Origin: an uncultured Gemmatimonadaceae bacterium
GTDB taxonomy: Bacteria > Gemmatimonadota > Gemmatimonadetes > Gemmatimonadales > Gemmatimonadaceae
Length of the DNA stretch: 64,000 nucleotides
Assembly (NCBI GenBank): GCA_963790305.1
Contig: CAWBOC010000010.1
Span: 96,001-160,000 of the forward strand
Direction of reading: 5' to 3'
Numbering within the stretch: position 1 is the first letter of the stretch; each line of letters opens with the position of its first letter. Under the pieces are notes generated by a model. That model ran no database searches, was not told where the DNA came from, and worked only from the letters and a program-made list of their open reading frames with translations. The position numbers and the translations under genes are program-made. Below are positions 40,092 to 48,626 of the stretch, piece after piece.

Positions 40092-40875
40092 TCGTTCGCT
40101 CTCCTCGCCGTGCCAGCCGCGCCGTGAGCAGCGCGACGAACTCGTCTGGTGGTACACTTTGCCGCAACGTGGTCGGCGTGAGCCCCGTGGCTGCTCGAAC
40201 CTGCCGTGCGAACAGCCGAGCCGATCCGTAGCCGAGCCGCTCGACCACCTCGTCCAGCGAGCGTCCCGGGTCCTGCATGTAGAAGTACGCGCGCAACAGT
40301 CGCGCGCCCAGCACCAGCATCCTTGCCGAAGCCACTCCGGCGCGTTCGAGCCACCGGTCCAGCGCCCTGCGGTTCATCGCCGCGGCCTTGGCGAGATCGT
40401 TCACATCCCTGAACTGCTGCGGTACCCGAAAGAGCCGCTCGACGGCTCGCGCAAGCTCGGCGGGGACAGTCGCGAGCGGTCGCGCGAGCAATGCGAGCAC
40501 CGCATCACTCATCGCGTACGCCGGCTGCCGCTCCAGGAGATCGCGGAAGCGGCGCGGCTCGTCGTCGAAGTTCCGGAGGACGACGTGCCGCACGCCCAGC
40601 TTTGCCAGCTCGACCGTCGCCCCGAGCGTTTCCGGAGCGAGGATCGTGTAGATCACTACTGGGAGCGAAGGGAAGTCCCGGATCAGACTCCGGAGCTCGT
40701 CCAGTCGCACCGTTCCCTCGGCCCGTGGATCGGCAACGAGCAGATCCACCGGCTTGCGTCGCACTTCGTCCTCGAGCTCATCCCACCGATCGACGGTGAT
40801 GACGTGGTGCTCGCGGCCGAGGACGATTCGCAGGTGGGACAGCAGAAGGGGAGGGAGACGGACGACGACGTTCAC
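40078..40875 (-). CDS. AraC-family regulator with a degenerate receiver-like N-terminal domain
   Basis: C-terminal double HTH (VNDLAKAAAMNRRALDRWL ... SLDEVVERLGYGSARLFARQVRAATGLTP); N-terminal DLLVADP...PVVIYT. Confidence 0.85.
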   Translation of the reverse strand: MNVVVRLPPLLLSHLRIVLGREHHVITVDRWDELEDEVRRKPVDLLVADPRAEGTVRLDELRSLIRDFPSLPVVIYTILAPETLGATVELAKLGVRHVVLRNFDDEPRRFRDLLERQPAYAMSDAVLALLARPLATVPAELARAVERLFRVPQQFRDVNDLAKAAAMNRRALDRWLERAGVASARMLVLGARLLRAYFYMQDPGRSLDEVVERLGYGSARLFARQVRAATGLTPTTLRQSVPPDEFVALLTARLARRGERTNAVQ

Positions 40876-40889
40876 GCCATCGGATTACG

Positions 40890-40954
40890 TGTCCTAAAAG
40901 TGCACATCGATGTCTCAAGATGTGCGTTTACCGATGGACGCGTAACCGTACCTT
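40890..40954 (+). promoter_or_regulatory. Tandem operator (21-bp period) plus candidate promoter of the 44-aa peptide gene
   Basis: TGTCCTAAAAGTG (40890) and TGTCTCAAGATGTG (40911), then TTTACC-16-TACCTT. Confidence 0.55.
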
Positions 40955-41004
40955 GCGTGACAGTTGCAACCCCCCAGTTACAACTCTTCCCGCGAGGTCA
41001 GATC

Positions 41005-41139
41005 ATGTCCCGCCGCCGCCTCTCTCTCCTGGTGCTCTCCCTCCTGACGTTCGCTGTCGCTGCCTGCGCTGACGTGACTGCGCCGGAACCGAGCAGTGAT
41101 TGCGCGATCACCTCAGGCTCCGCCGGCAAAACCTGCTGA
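41005..41139 (+). CDS. 44-aa micro-lipoprotein / secreted peptide precursor with a C-terminal Cys loop
   Basis: GAGGT RBS; MSRRRLSLLVLSLLTFAVAA-CADVTAPEPSSDCAITSGSAGKTC; lipobox VAAC; own intrinsic terminator. Confidence 0.8.
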   Translation: MSRRRLSLLVLSLLTFAVAACADVTAPEPSSDCAITSGSAGKTC

Positions 41140-41160
41140 CATTAGTTCGTTCCAATCTTC

Positions 41161-41193
41161 AGGCCGCGGACTGCCATCCGCGGCCTTTTTTTT
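41161..41193 (+). terminator. Intrinsic terminator after the peptide gene
   Basis: AGGCCGCGGA-ctgcca-TCCGCGGCCT 10-bp stem followed by a T7 run. Confidence 0.9.
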
Positions 41194-41198
41194 CAGGG

Positions 41199-42440
41199 CT
41201 ATCCAGCGACTCCGGCCAGCTCGCGCATGCTACGAACCGCGGTTGCCACGCGTTCCACTTCGGGCGTGGGCTCGGGAGCATTCGCGATGATAACCACTCC
41301 CGCCTGGTCGAGCGACTGAAGACTTTGCTCGGCGCGGAAGAGTGCCTGGTTCATCCCGTGGCGCTCCGCCAATTCAACGGCGCGCAGTAACGCAGCTCGC
41401 GCGGCCGAGACGTTGCCGAACATTCGGTAACCCTCGCCAACATAACAGTAGTAGTGACACGCCAGCGTCGCCGGTAACGTCGCGTCCGCAAGCTCACGGC
41501 GATACTGCTCGAATACCGGCTCCCGCCCGTCGACGGCAGCGCATTCCAAGAGGTTGATCGTCGCCACCCAGCGCGTATGCTGCTCCTGAGCAGTGGCAGC
41601 GAGGATCAGATAGGCATCACGCGCGGCGTCGCGCAGTCCCAGCTCGAAGAACGCGGCGGCAATGTCACCCAGCACGCGGTCGCGCGAGGCGGCGTCCGTG
41701 TATCCTTCGAGAGCCTGGTATCCCAGCGTGACAGCGAGGTCGTATTGTCCACGCCGGAACGCGATGTCTGCACGGTCGTGCAGGGCGATCGAGCGGATCT
41801 CGCCACACCGGTTGGCATCTGCCTCGCGGATCGTATCATCGAGAAGCGTTTGCGCGTACGGCAGATTGCCACGCTCGATCGCAATCTTCGCCTCGTTGAC
41901 TCGCGCTCGCAGCACGTTCACGATGTCGCTCGCCATCGCGGCCGCGCACCCCGCACGCGCATACGCCGCCGTCGCTTCATCCCATTCAGCGAGGGTACGG
42001 AGACACGCACCGAGCTGCATGTTCGCGGCGATCACGATGTCGGCTTCCTCGACCGGATGCGCGTGCGCGATCACCGTTTCATGGACGTCGGCCGCCAGCT
42101 CCCAGCGTCCCTCGAACTGGAGCGCCCGACCATAGGCGAGGAGCCGCGGTGCAATCAATGGCACGCGGACCGTTCGTGAGGTTTCCATCGCGTCCACGAT
42201 GCTGGCGAGGATAGACCGTGTCGCCGAACCAAGATCAATGGCTTCGATGGCCTCGCGCACCGCCCGCAGGCCCCACGCGTCGGCCGCGACCACGCTCGGC
42301 CCTTCGACGAGCCATGCATCGAAGAGACGCAACGTGACCAAACCGGCGCTCGTCAGGCGCCAGTCCGCGCTGCCTTCCTCGGCGCGCGCAAGCGCTTCGA
42401 AGAACGGCAGGTGCTGGAGATTGGGCTCGCTCATGGTCAT
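41199..42440 (-). CDS. Cytoplasmic tetratricopeptide-repeat protein (about 410 aa) with an uncharacterised helical N-terminus
   Basis: Repeated TPR-like helices (LGACLRTLAEWDEATAAY, RADIAFRRGQYDLAVTLG, IAAAFFELGLRDAARDAY, VGEGYRMFGNVSAARAAL); no signal peptide or evident HTH. Confidence 0.8.
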   Translation of the reverse strand: MTMSEPNLQHLPFFEALARAEEGSADWRLTSAGLVTLRLFDAWLVEGPSVVAADAWGLRAVREAIEAIDLGSATRSILASIVDAMETSRTVRVPLIAPRLLAYGRALQFEGRWELAADVHETVIAHAHPVEEADIVIAANMQLGACLRTLAEWDEATAAYARAGCAAAMASDIVNVLRARVNEAKIAIERGNLPYAQTLLDDTIREADANRCGEIRSIALHDRADIAFRRGQYDLAVTLGYQALEGYTDAASRDRVLGDIAAAFFELGLRDAARDAYLILAATAQEQHTRWVATINLLECAAVDGREPVFEQYRRELADATLPATLACHYYCYVGEGYRMFGNVSAARAALLRAVELAERHGMNQALFRAEQSLQSLDQAGVVIIANAPEPTPEVERVATAVRSMRELAGVAG

Positions 42441-42494
42441 TCCGAATCCTTATCGACGTGATCGGACTTTCTGCCATTATGCGCTATGAAATTG

Positions 42495-42554
42495 ACGAGG
42501 GTCATAGGGCGCCGCAACGACACTTTTGAGACACGGAGCGCATGAATCCAGACA
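42495..42554 (-). promoter_or_regulatory. Tandem operator (21-bp period) upstream of the TPR gene, same motif as at 40890
   Basis: Minus strand: TGTCTGGATTCATG (from 42554), then TGTCTCAAAAGTG (42533-42521), followed by TTGCGG. Confidence 0.55.
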
Positions 42555-42734
42555 CTTGTACCGCCAACACCACTGATTCAGAGGCGCGATCTACGCAGAA
42601 TATCGACGGTGACCAGAAAGACGACGCATCCAACTCCCTCCTGTACGGGTTATCTTTCGTTCGCCACCCCGCACACGCATCGCCGGCTCGATCGTCCTTA
42701 GGACAGCGCGACCTACCACCCCTCAAGGCGCACC

Positions 42735-43778
42735 ATGTCCACTTCCGCAGCTTTCGGCGTCCCCGCCGCTCAGACCGCGTCGCCCCTGCGCGGCTGGCAG
42801 ACCACCACCGCACCCTATCGAGCGAGCAGCACCGCTCGGGCCGCGGTTCAGCTCTGCACCACGATCCTGCCACTCGGCGCGCTGGTCGCGCTCATGTACG
42901 CGATGCTCAATGTCTCGTACTGGATAACGCTCGCGCTGGCCGTTCCGGCCGCCGGCTTTCTGGTACGCACGTTCATCATCATGCACGACTGCGGGCACGG
43001 GTCGTTCGTGCCCTCGCGACGCGCCAACGAAGTCATCGGGTTCATCACCGGCGCGATCACGCTCACGCCGTTCGCACAGTGGCGGCGCGACCACGCGCTG
43101 CACCACGCCTCGTCGGGGGACCTTGACCGACGGGGGCATGGCAATGTGCTGACGCTGACCGTCGAGGAGTACCTGGCAAGATCACGGTGGGGACGCCTGA
43201 AGTACCGCCTGTATCGCAACCCGATCACGCTGTTCATCCTCGGGCCGATTTTCCTCCTCTTCGTCCGGCACCTGCCCGCGGCGGGGATCGCGCTGACGAC
43301 GAAAACGAAGATCGAATCCCGCGCCACTACCGCGGCCATCGTGACGATGGTCGTCGGATTCGCACTCGCGATTGGATGGAAGGCCGTGCTCCTCGTCTAC
43401 GGACCGATCATCCTCATCGCCGGCGCGACCGGGAACTGGCTCTTCTACGTACAGCACCAGTTCGAAGATGCGTATTGGGAGGCGCACGAGGGATGGGATT
43501 ACGCCGAGGCCGCGATCAAGGGCGCGTCCTATTACCGGCTGCCGCGCGTCCTCGAGTGGATGACCGGGCGCATCGGGCTGCACCACGTCCATCACCTCGA
43601 CCCGAAGATCCCCAACTATCATCTGCGGCGTTGCCATGATGAGAACGGGGTGCTTCAGGCGGTGACCGTGCTCACGATTCGCGAAAGCATCCGGACGGCG
43701 TCGTTGAAGCTGTGGGACCCCGAGCATCGCCGCATGGTCGGTTTCCGCGCGCTGCGATCGCGCCGCGCGGCCGCGTAG
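42735..43778 (+). CDS. Membrane fatty acid desaturase (Des-like)
   Basis: Three His boxes: HDCGH, HALHH, HHVHH. Confidence 0.92.
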   Translation: MSTSAAFGVPAAQTASPLRGWQTTTAPYRASSTARAAVQLCTTILPLGALVALMYAMLNVSYWITLALAVPAAGFLVRTFIIMHDCGHGSFVPSRRANEVIGFITGAITLTPFAQWRRDHALHHASSGDLDRRGHGNVLTLTVEEYLARSRWGRLKYRLYRNPITLFILGPIFLLFVRHLPAAGIALTTKTKIESRATTAAIVTMVVGFALAIGWKAVLLVYGPIILIAGATGNWLFYVQHQFEDAYWEAHEGWDYAEAAIKGASYYRLPRVLEWMTGRIGLHHVHHLDPKIPNYHLRRCHDENGVLQAVTVLTIRESIRTASLKLWDPEHRRMVGFRALRSRRAAA

Positions 43779-43866
43779 TCGAGCGCCTCAGGCGCTGCTC
43801 ATTGAATGCACGGAAGCGCGCCACGTACCCGAGTACGTGGCGCGCTTCGTTGTGCCCGGACAATCG

Positions 43867-44040
43867 TTAGGTCGTACCCGAGGCGTCGGGCGATGCCTTC
43901 CCGGCGGGCGCTGGTGCCGGCACCGGCGGCGTGGCGCCGTTCGGTGACGCGTTCTTCAGCTCTTCCGCCTCACGACGTTCGCGATCGCGCTGGGCAAAGG
44001 CGCCGAACCCGCCCTTTTTCGTTTCTTTCGGATCGAGCAT
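43867..44040 (-). CDS. 57-aa hypothetical disordered microprotein
   Basis: GGGGAG RBS before the ATG; MLDPKETKKGGFGAFAQRDRERREAEELK...; strong upstream promoter. Confidence 0.5.
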   Translation of the reverse strand: MLDPKETKKGGFGAFAQRDRERREAEELKNASPNGATPPVPAPAPAGKASPDASGTT

Positions 44041-44173
44041 GATACGCTCCCCGGTCGTGCGCCGAGCTCGCGTGCCCCGACGATAGCCGTGTCTGGAGAG
44101 GACGCGATGACCGATCCCGATGGTGGCCCGCTCCTCTGGCGAGCGAGCACACCCCGACCTCCGCGCATGGCGT

Positions 44174-44224
44174 ATATTAACGTGTGGTATTACTATTGTC
44201 AAACGTAATCACGGGCGTTATTAT
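44174..44224. promoter_or_regulatory. Divergent sigma70 promoters with overlapping -35 boxes
   Basis: Minus: TTGACA (44202-44197)-17-TAATAT (44179-44174). Plus: TTGTCA (44196-44201)-17-TATTAT (44219-44224). AT-rich island in GC-rich DNA. Confidence 0.75.
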
Positions 44225-44247
44225 TAACCTTCAGTCGGAGCGAGGGC

Positions 44248-44478
44248 GTGATCCGTTTTCACCTGGCGTCGGTCCTGAAGAAAAAAGGGTGGACCCCGTA
44301 CCGCCTCTCGCAGGAGACGGGACTCACGGTTCCCACCGCGTATCGGCTGGCCGATCCGAAGCTCGAGTTCGGTCGCTTTACCGCCGATACACTCGATCGC
44401 TTGTGCGAGGCCCTCGACGTCCAGCCTGGCGATCTGCTCGAGTACGTGCCGACCAGGAGCCGCAAGCGCCGCAGCTGA
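44248..44478 (+). CDS. Cro/C1-type (HTH_26, YozG-like) transcriptional regulator
   Basis: TPYRLSQETGLTVPTAYRL HTH and TLDRLCEALDVQPGDLLEY. Confidence 0.85.
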   Translation: MIRFHLASVLKKKGWTPYRLSQETGLTVPTAYRLADPKLEFGRFTADTLDRLCEALDVQPGDLLEYVPTRSRKRRS

Positions 44479-44554
44479 GCCGCGCGCAGTCCGCTCCCGA
44501 TGAGCCGCGTCGGCGGAACCGTCCGCTACGCCTTCGATCCTCGCAGGAGGTCCC

Positions 44555-45112
44555 ATGAAAGCCAATAGAGCCCCCAGAACCGGCAACGCGCCGTTGAAGA
44601 GCACTACATCGAACGGCAGGAGCGCCCAGCCAACGCCGGCCGAGGAAGGGCCGTATCGCGCCGAGCCCCGCCGTGCGAATGCGCGCCGCGGTGAGAGCAG
44701 CATTCTCGAGACCGCAGCCGAGCGCGGCACGTTCCGCACGCTGGCCGGCGCGATTCGAAGCGCTGGGCTCGTCGACCTCATGAGCGGAAAGGGTCCCTTC
44801 ACCCTCTTCGCGCCGACGGACGAGGCGTTCGCACGCATGCCACAGTCGGAGCGCGAGACACTGCTCAACGACAAGGCGTCGCTCGCCGAGGTGCTGACAT
44901 ATCACCTCGTGCGTGAGCGTGTGAAGGCGCCGACGGTGGGCACCCCGCGCACGGCCACGACCGTCAACGGCGGCAAGATCACGATCACCGTGAAGAACCG
45001 CGGCTTCAGGCGGCGCGGCTTCAAGGTCAATGAAGCGAAGATCGTGAAGACCGAGATTCTCGCGTCGAACGGCGTGATTCACGCGATCGACAGCGTGCTG
45101 ACCCCGCGCTAA
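44555..45112 (+). CDS. Fasciclin (FAS1) domain protein
   Basis: GPFTLFAPTDEAF and NGVIHAIDSVL. Confidence 0.9.
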   Translation: MKANRAPRTGNAPLKSTTSNGRSAQPTPAEEGPYRAEPRRANARRGESSILETAAERGTFRTLAGAIRSAGLVDLMSGKGPFTLFAPTDEAFARMPQSERETLLNDKASLAEVLTYHLVRERVKAPTVGTPRTATTVNGGKITITVKNRGFRRRGFKVNEAKIVKTEILASNGVIHAIDSVLTPR

Positions 45113-45116
45113 CGAA

Positions 45117-46196
45117 TCACGGTGCGGACGGCGCCCGGCCGTCCGCACCGGCGTTCGCCGCCAGCACGCGTGGCGACGCAACCGTACGCGCATCACCGTC
45201 CGACACATAGCGACGCCCCGGCTTTTCCAGCCAGTCCAGCGTGCGCTCCAGCGAGTTCCCCACGATCTGCACGCGTTCCAGCTTCAACGCATTGAACGCA
45301 GGATCGAATGGACTCGGCACCGGTCCGCCGGCCACGAGGAGCACCGCGGTGTGGTCATAGGCAACGGTGCGCTGCGAGCGCCCGTCCGTCCACGACCCCT
45401 TCGCGGCCAGCGCCTCATTCTTCGGCCACAGGCCTAACGGCAGCGCCAGCGTGCGGACCCGGTACCCCGGTACCGCCGAGTCGACGGCCAGCGCAAGGCG
45501 CGCAATCTGCTCCTGGACGACGGCATCGTCGTACTTCGACAGCTGCGCGTGCCAGAGCGTGTGGTTGCACAGCTCGAAGCCGCGCTCGGCGAGAAACTTG
45601 AGCTTCGCATGACGCCAGGCTGTTTTCTGCCCCTCGATGTTCCGATCGCCGAAGAACGCGCGCCCAGCCTCGGCGCCCGAGAGCATACAGAACGTCGCCT
45701 TGCTCTCCCAATCGGGGTGTGCCTTCTGAAAATCCAGCCAGATCCCGACCGCGCTCGTCGAATCGATCACGAGCTCGCCGTTGCGTTCGATGTAGCGAAA
45801 CTGTGAGGGCGACGCGTCGTCGAAGGTGAACACCACCGGAGAGAGGCCCCGCGGGAGATCGATGCGCCGGTCGACCAGCTCAGCCACGGTGATCGGGCGG
45901 TAGCCACGTTCGTAGAGGAGCTCCAGGTCGCGGCGGAAGCGCGTGTGCTCGCGCTCCCAGCGGCCTTCAGTGGCGCCGATGAGATGGTATTCGAGGATGG
46001 GGATCCGCCCCAGCTCATTCGGCACCCGGTTTCGCGACGCCGAGTCGAGGGCAACCATCGCACGGGCTGCCGCCATCTCATTGGATGGCGCATCCGGCGC
46101 GTCGTTCGGGCGGGCTTCTGTTCTGCTGCATCCCGATGCGAAGAGGGCAATCGGGAGAACGGCGGCAAGCCGCCGGTACGACGAATATGGATTCAT
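45117..46196 (-). CDS. Polysaccharide deacetylase (NodB-type) lipoprotein
   Basis: IPILEYH, VFTFDDA, NHTLWH; lipobox-like ASGC. Start at 46196 inferred. Confidence 0.8.
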   Translation of the reverse strand: MNPYSSYRRLAAVLPIALFASGCSRTEARPNDAPDAPSNEMAAARAMVALDSASRNRVPNELGRIPILEYHLIGATEGRWEREHTRFRRDLELLYERGYRPITVAELVDRRIDLPRGLSPVVFTFDDASPSQFRYIERNGELVIDSTSAVGIWLDFQKAHPDWESKATFCMLSGAEAGRAFFGDRNIEGQKTAWRHAKLKFLAERGFELCNHTLWHAQLSKYDDAVVQEQIARLALAVDSAVPGYRVRTLALPLGLWPKNEALAAKGSWTDGRSQRTVAYDHTAVLLVAGGPVPSPFDPAFNALKLERVQIVGNSLERTLDWLEKPGRRYVSDGDARTVASPRVLAANAGADGRAPSAP

Positions 46197-46197
46197 G

Positions 46198-46234
46198 GAG
46201 GCGCTGAAGGCGCTAGAGGCGCTGAAGGCGCTGG
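46198..46234. repeat. Tandem 9-mer (family A)
   Basis: GAGGCGCTG/AAGGCGCTA-type units, four copies. Confidence 0.75.
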
Positions 46235-46362
46235 TCGTGATGGAAAGCACATCCGCGGTTGGTTCCCGCCGAATCGGAAACCTGCGGCCGGCGCCGGTGG
46301 TACTATTGATGGAAGCGGCTCGTCTGACACTCGTCCTCGCGCCGCGACCCTGATCCACTCTG

Positions 46363-48507
46363 ATGACGTTCATCGCCTCTTTTCAGCAACGCGTTCGGAC
46401 GTTCCGCGAGCGCTGGCGTAGTGACCCGGCGCACCCACCACGGGAGTGGATGCGCGAGCAGTGGCAACCGCTCGCGGTCATGGGTGTGCTCGTGCTCACC
46501 GTGCTCGCCTTCGATGCATGGCTGGCGAGCTGCGGCTTCGCGGGATGCCCCTCTTCGGCGGACATTCGGCGCTTCCGTCCGGTCGAGGGAAGCGAGGCCA
46601 AGGATCGATCCGGCCAGCCGTTGGGGCGGCTCACCTCAGTTCGCCGGATCAACGTCCCACTCGCCGATGTGCCTCGCCACGTTCAGCAGGCGTTCGTCGC
46701 CACCGAGGACCGACGCTTCTACGAGCACAACGGGCTCGACTGGCGCGCGGTCATGCGCGCCGTCGGCCGCAACGTGACGTCGTTGGGACTGCGCGAAGGG
46801 TTCAGCACCATCACAATGCAAGTCGCGCGGAACACCTTCACGTCGCGCATCATCAGCGAGCGTTCGCTGCGCAAGAAGCTGCTCGAGCTGCGGTTCGCGC
46901 GGCTCATCGAGCACAACCTCACCAAGCCGCAGATCCTCGAGCTCTATCTCAACGTCATCTACCTCGGGAACGGGACGTACGGGGTGGAGGCGGCAAGCCG
47001 GGATCTCTTCGGCAAGAGTGTGAAGAAGGTGACGCTCGCGGAGGCGGCGGTGTTGGCGGCGCTGCCGAAGGGCCCGTCGTCATACACGCCGAGGAAGGCG
47101 CCTGAGCGCGCGAAACGCCGGCGCGATCTGGTGCTCACGCTGATGGCGCGGGAAGGCTACATCGACTCGATAGCGGCCCGCCGCGCCGCCGCGCAGCCGA
47201 TACGCGTCGCAAAGCAGGAGTGGCGGCCCACTGGCACCGACTCCTACGCGCTCGATGCCATCCGAAGCGCGGTCGATTCGCTGCTGGGAAGCGAGGCGCT
47301 GGAATCCGGCGATGTCACCGTGTACACGACGATCGACGCCAACGCGCAGAAGGCTGCCGAGCGCGCCGTCGCCAAGCGCGCGGCGTACATCCAGGACCGC
47401 GAGCACGCCTGGTACGGGCGGACGAACGGCGTCGTACAGGGTGCGATGATCGCACTGGATCCGCGCACCGGTGATGTCCGCGCCATCGTCGGCGGCCGAC
47501 GGTACGAGCGGGGCGGCTTCAACCGCGCCCTCTCCGCGCGCCGCCAGCCCGGCTCCGCGTTCAAGCCATTCGTGTACGCCGCGGCGCTCGCTGCGGGGCT
47601 CTCCCCCGCGACGATGGTGGACGATGACCCGGTCGAGATCGTCGGCGACGATGGTCGCATCTGGACACCGGCCAATCACGGCGACGAGTACAACGGGCGC
47701 ATCACGCTTCGCCGCGCGCTCATGCGATCGGCGAACGCGGCGACGGTGCGCGTGAGCCGCGCCGTCGGCGAGCAGCGCGTCGTCTCGGCCGCCCGCAAGA
47801 ACGGCATTACGAGCCAGCTCGATCCTGTGCCATCGATCGCGTTAGGTGCGCTGGAGGTCACGCCGCTCGAGTTGGCGCTCTCCTATGCGCCGTTCGGCAA
47901 CGGAGGGTATCGCGTGAAGCCGCGGCTCATCCAGCGCATCGAGTCCTCGGATGGACGCGTGCTCTGGAAAACGGATGCCCTACGCGATCTGGTGATGGAC
48001 CCCCAGGACGCCTACATGATGACGTCGATGCTGCGCTCTGTCGTCGACCACGGTACCGCGTACGCCGTGCGTGAGTGGGGCGCGCGTGGTCCAATCGCCG
48101 GCAAGACGGGCACGACGAATGACGGTGCCGATGTCTGGTTCGTCGGCTACACCCCGACCGTGGCAGCGGCGTTCTGGTTCGGTCACGACCAGCGCGTGTC
48201 GCTCTCGGGCGACATGAGCGGCGGCAGCGCTGCCGCGCCCGCGTGGGCCGAGTTCTTCATCAATGGATGGCGGGAGCGAGGCGAGGGTGGCGAATGGGAG
48301 CCGCCGCCGGGAATGGTGTCGCGGCAAATCGATGCGTTCACGGGCGAGCTGGCGGGGCAGTGGTGTCCCGCTACGCAAACGGAGTGGTTCAAGCCCGGCA
48401 TGGAGCCCACCGAGTACTGCCGCGAGCATCCCGAGCCGGAAGAGACGTGGGCGGAGGACGTTGGCGAACGAATCGCGACGACGTTCAAGAAGATCTTTCG
48501 CTTCTAA
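46363..48507 (+). CDS. Class A penicillin-binding protein (PBP1A family)
   Basis: EDRRFYEH, GFSTITMQ, LYLN (transglycosylase); SAFK, SAN, KTG (transpeptidase). Confidence 0.92.
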   Translation: MTFIASFQQRVRTFRERWRSDPAHPPREWMREQWQPLAVMGVLVLTVLAFDAWLASCGFAGCPSSADIRRFRPVEGSEAKDRSGQPLGRLTSVRRINVPLADVPRHVQQAFVATEDRRFYEHNGLDWRAVMRAVGRNVTSLGLREGFSTITMQVARNTFTSRIISERSLRKKLLELRFARLIEHNLTKPQILELYLNVIYLGNGTYGVEAASRDLFGKSVKKVTLAEAAVLAALPKGPSSYTPRKAPERAKRRRDLVLTLMAREGYIDSIAARRAAAQPIRVAKQEWRPTGTDSYALDAIRSAVDSLLGSEALESGDVTVYTTIDANAQKAAERAVAKRAAYIQDREHAWYGRTNGVVQGAMIALDPRTGDVRAIVGGRRYERGGFNRALSARRQPGSAFKPFVYAAALAAGLSPATMVDDDPVEIVGDDGRIWTPANHGDEYNGRITLRRALMRSANAATVRVSRAVGEQRVVSAARKNGITSQLDPVPSIALGALEVTPLELALSYAPFGNGGYRVKPRLIQRIESSDGRVLWKTDALRDLVMDPQDAYMMTSMLRSVVDHGTAYAVREWGARGPIAGKTGTTNDGADVWFVGYTPTVAAAFWFGHDQRVSLSGDMSGGSAAAPAWAEFFINGWRERGEGGEWEPPPGMVSRQIDAFTGELAGQWCPATQTEWFKPGMEPTEYCREHPEPEETWAEDVGERIATTFKKIFRF

Positions 48508-48626
48508 CGAGGGGTCAGGAGTCAGGGGTCAGGGATCAGGGGGTGTCAGGGGAAGGTTCGAGGAGAAGGGCTTTGCACTGTCCTGAAACCTTCCCCGTGA
48601 CACCCCCTGATCCCTGACCCCTCGTT
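48506..48626. repeat. Family C palindromic heptamer element between convergent genes
   Basis: Left arm shares 33 identical nt with the 29717 element (AGGGGTCAGGAGTCAGGGGTCAGGGATCAGGGG); inverted right arm. Confidence 0.9.

Noticed and set aside
40081..41139. 352-aa plus-strand ORF
   Set aside because: Antisense shadow of the AraC gene. Only the last 44 codons, from ATG 41005, have an RBS and a signal peptide.
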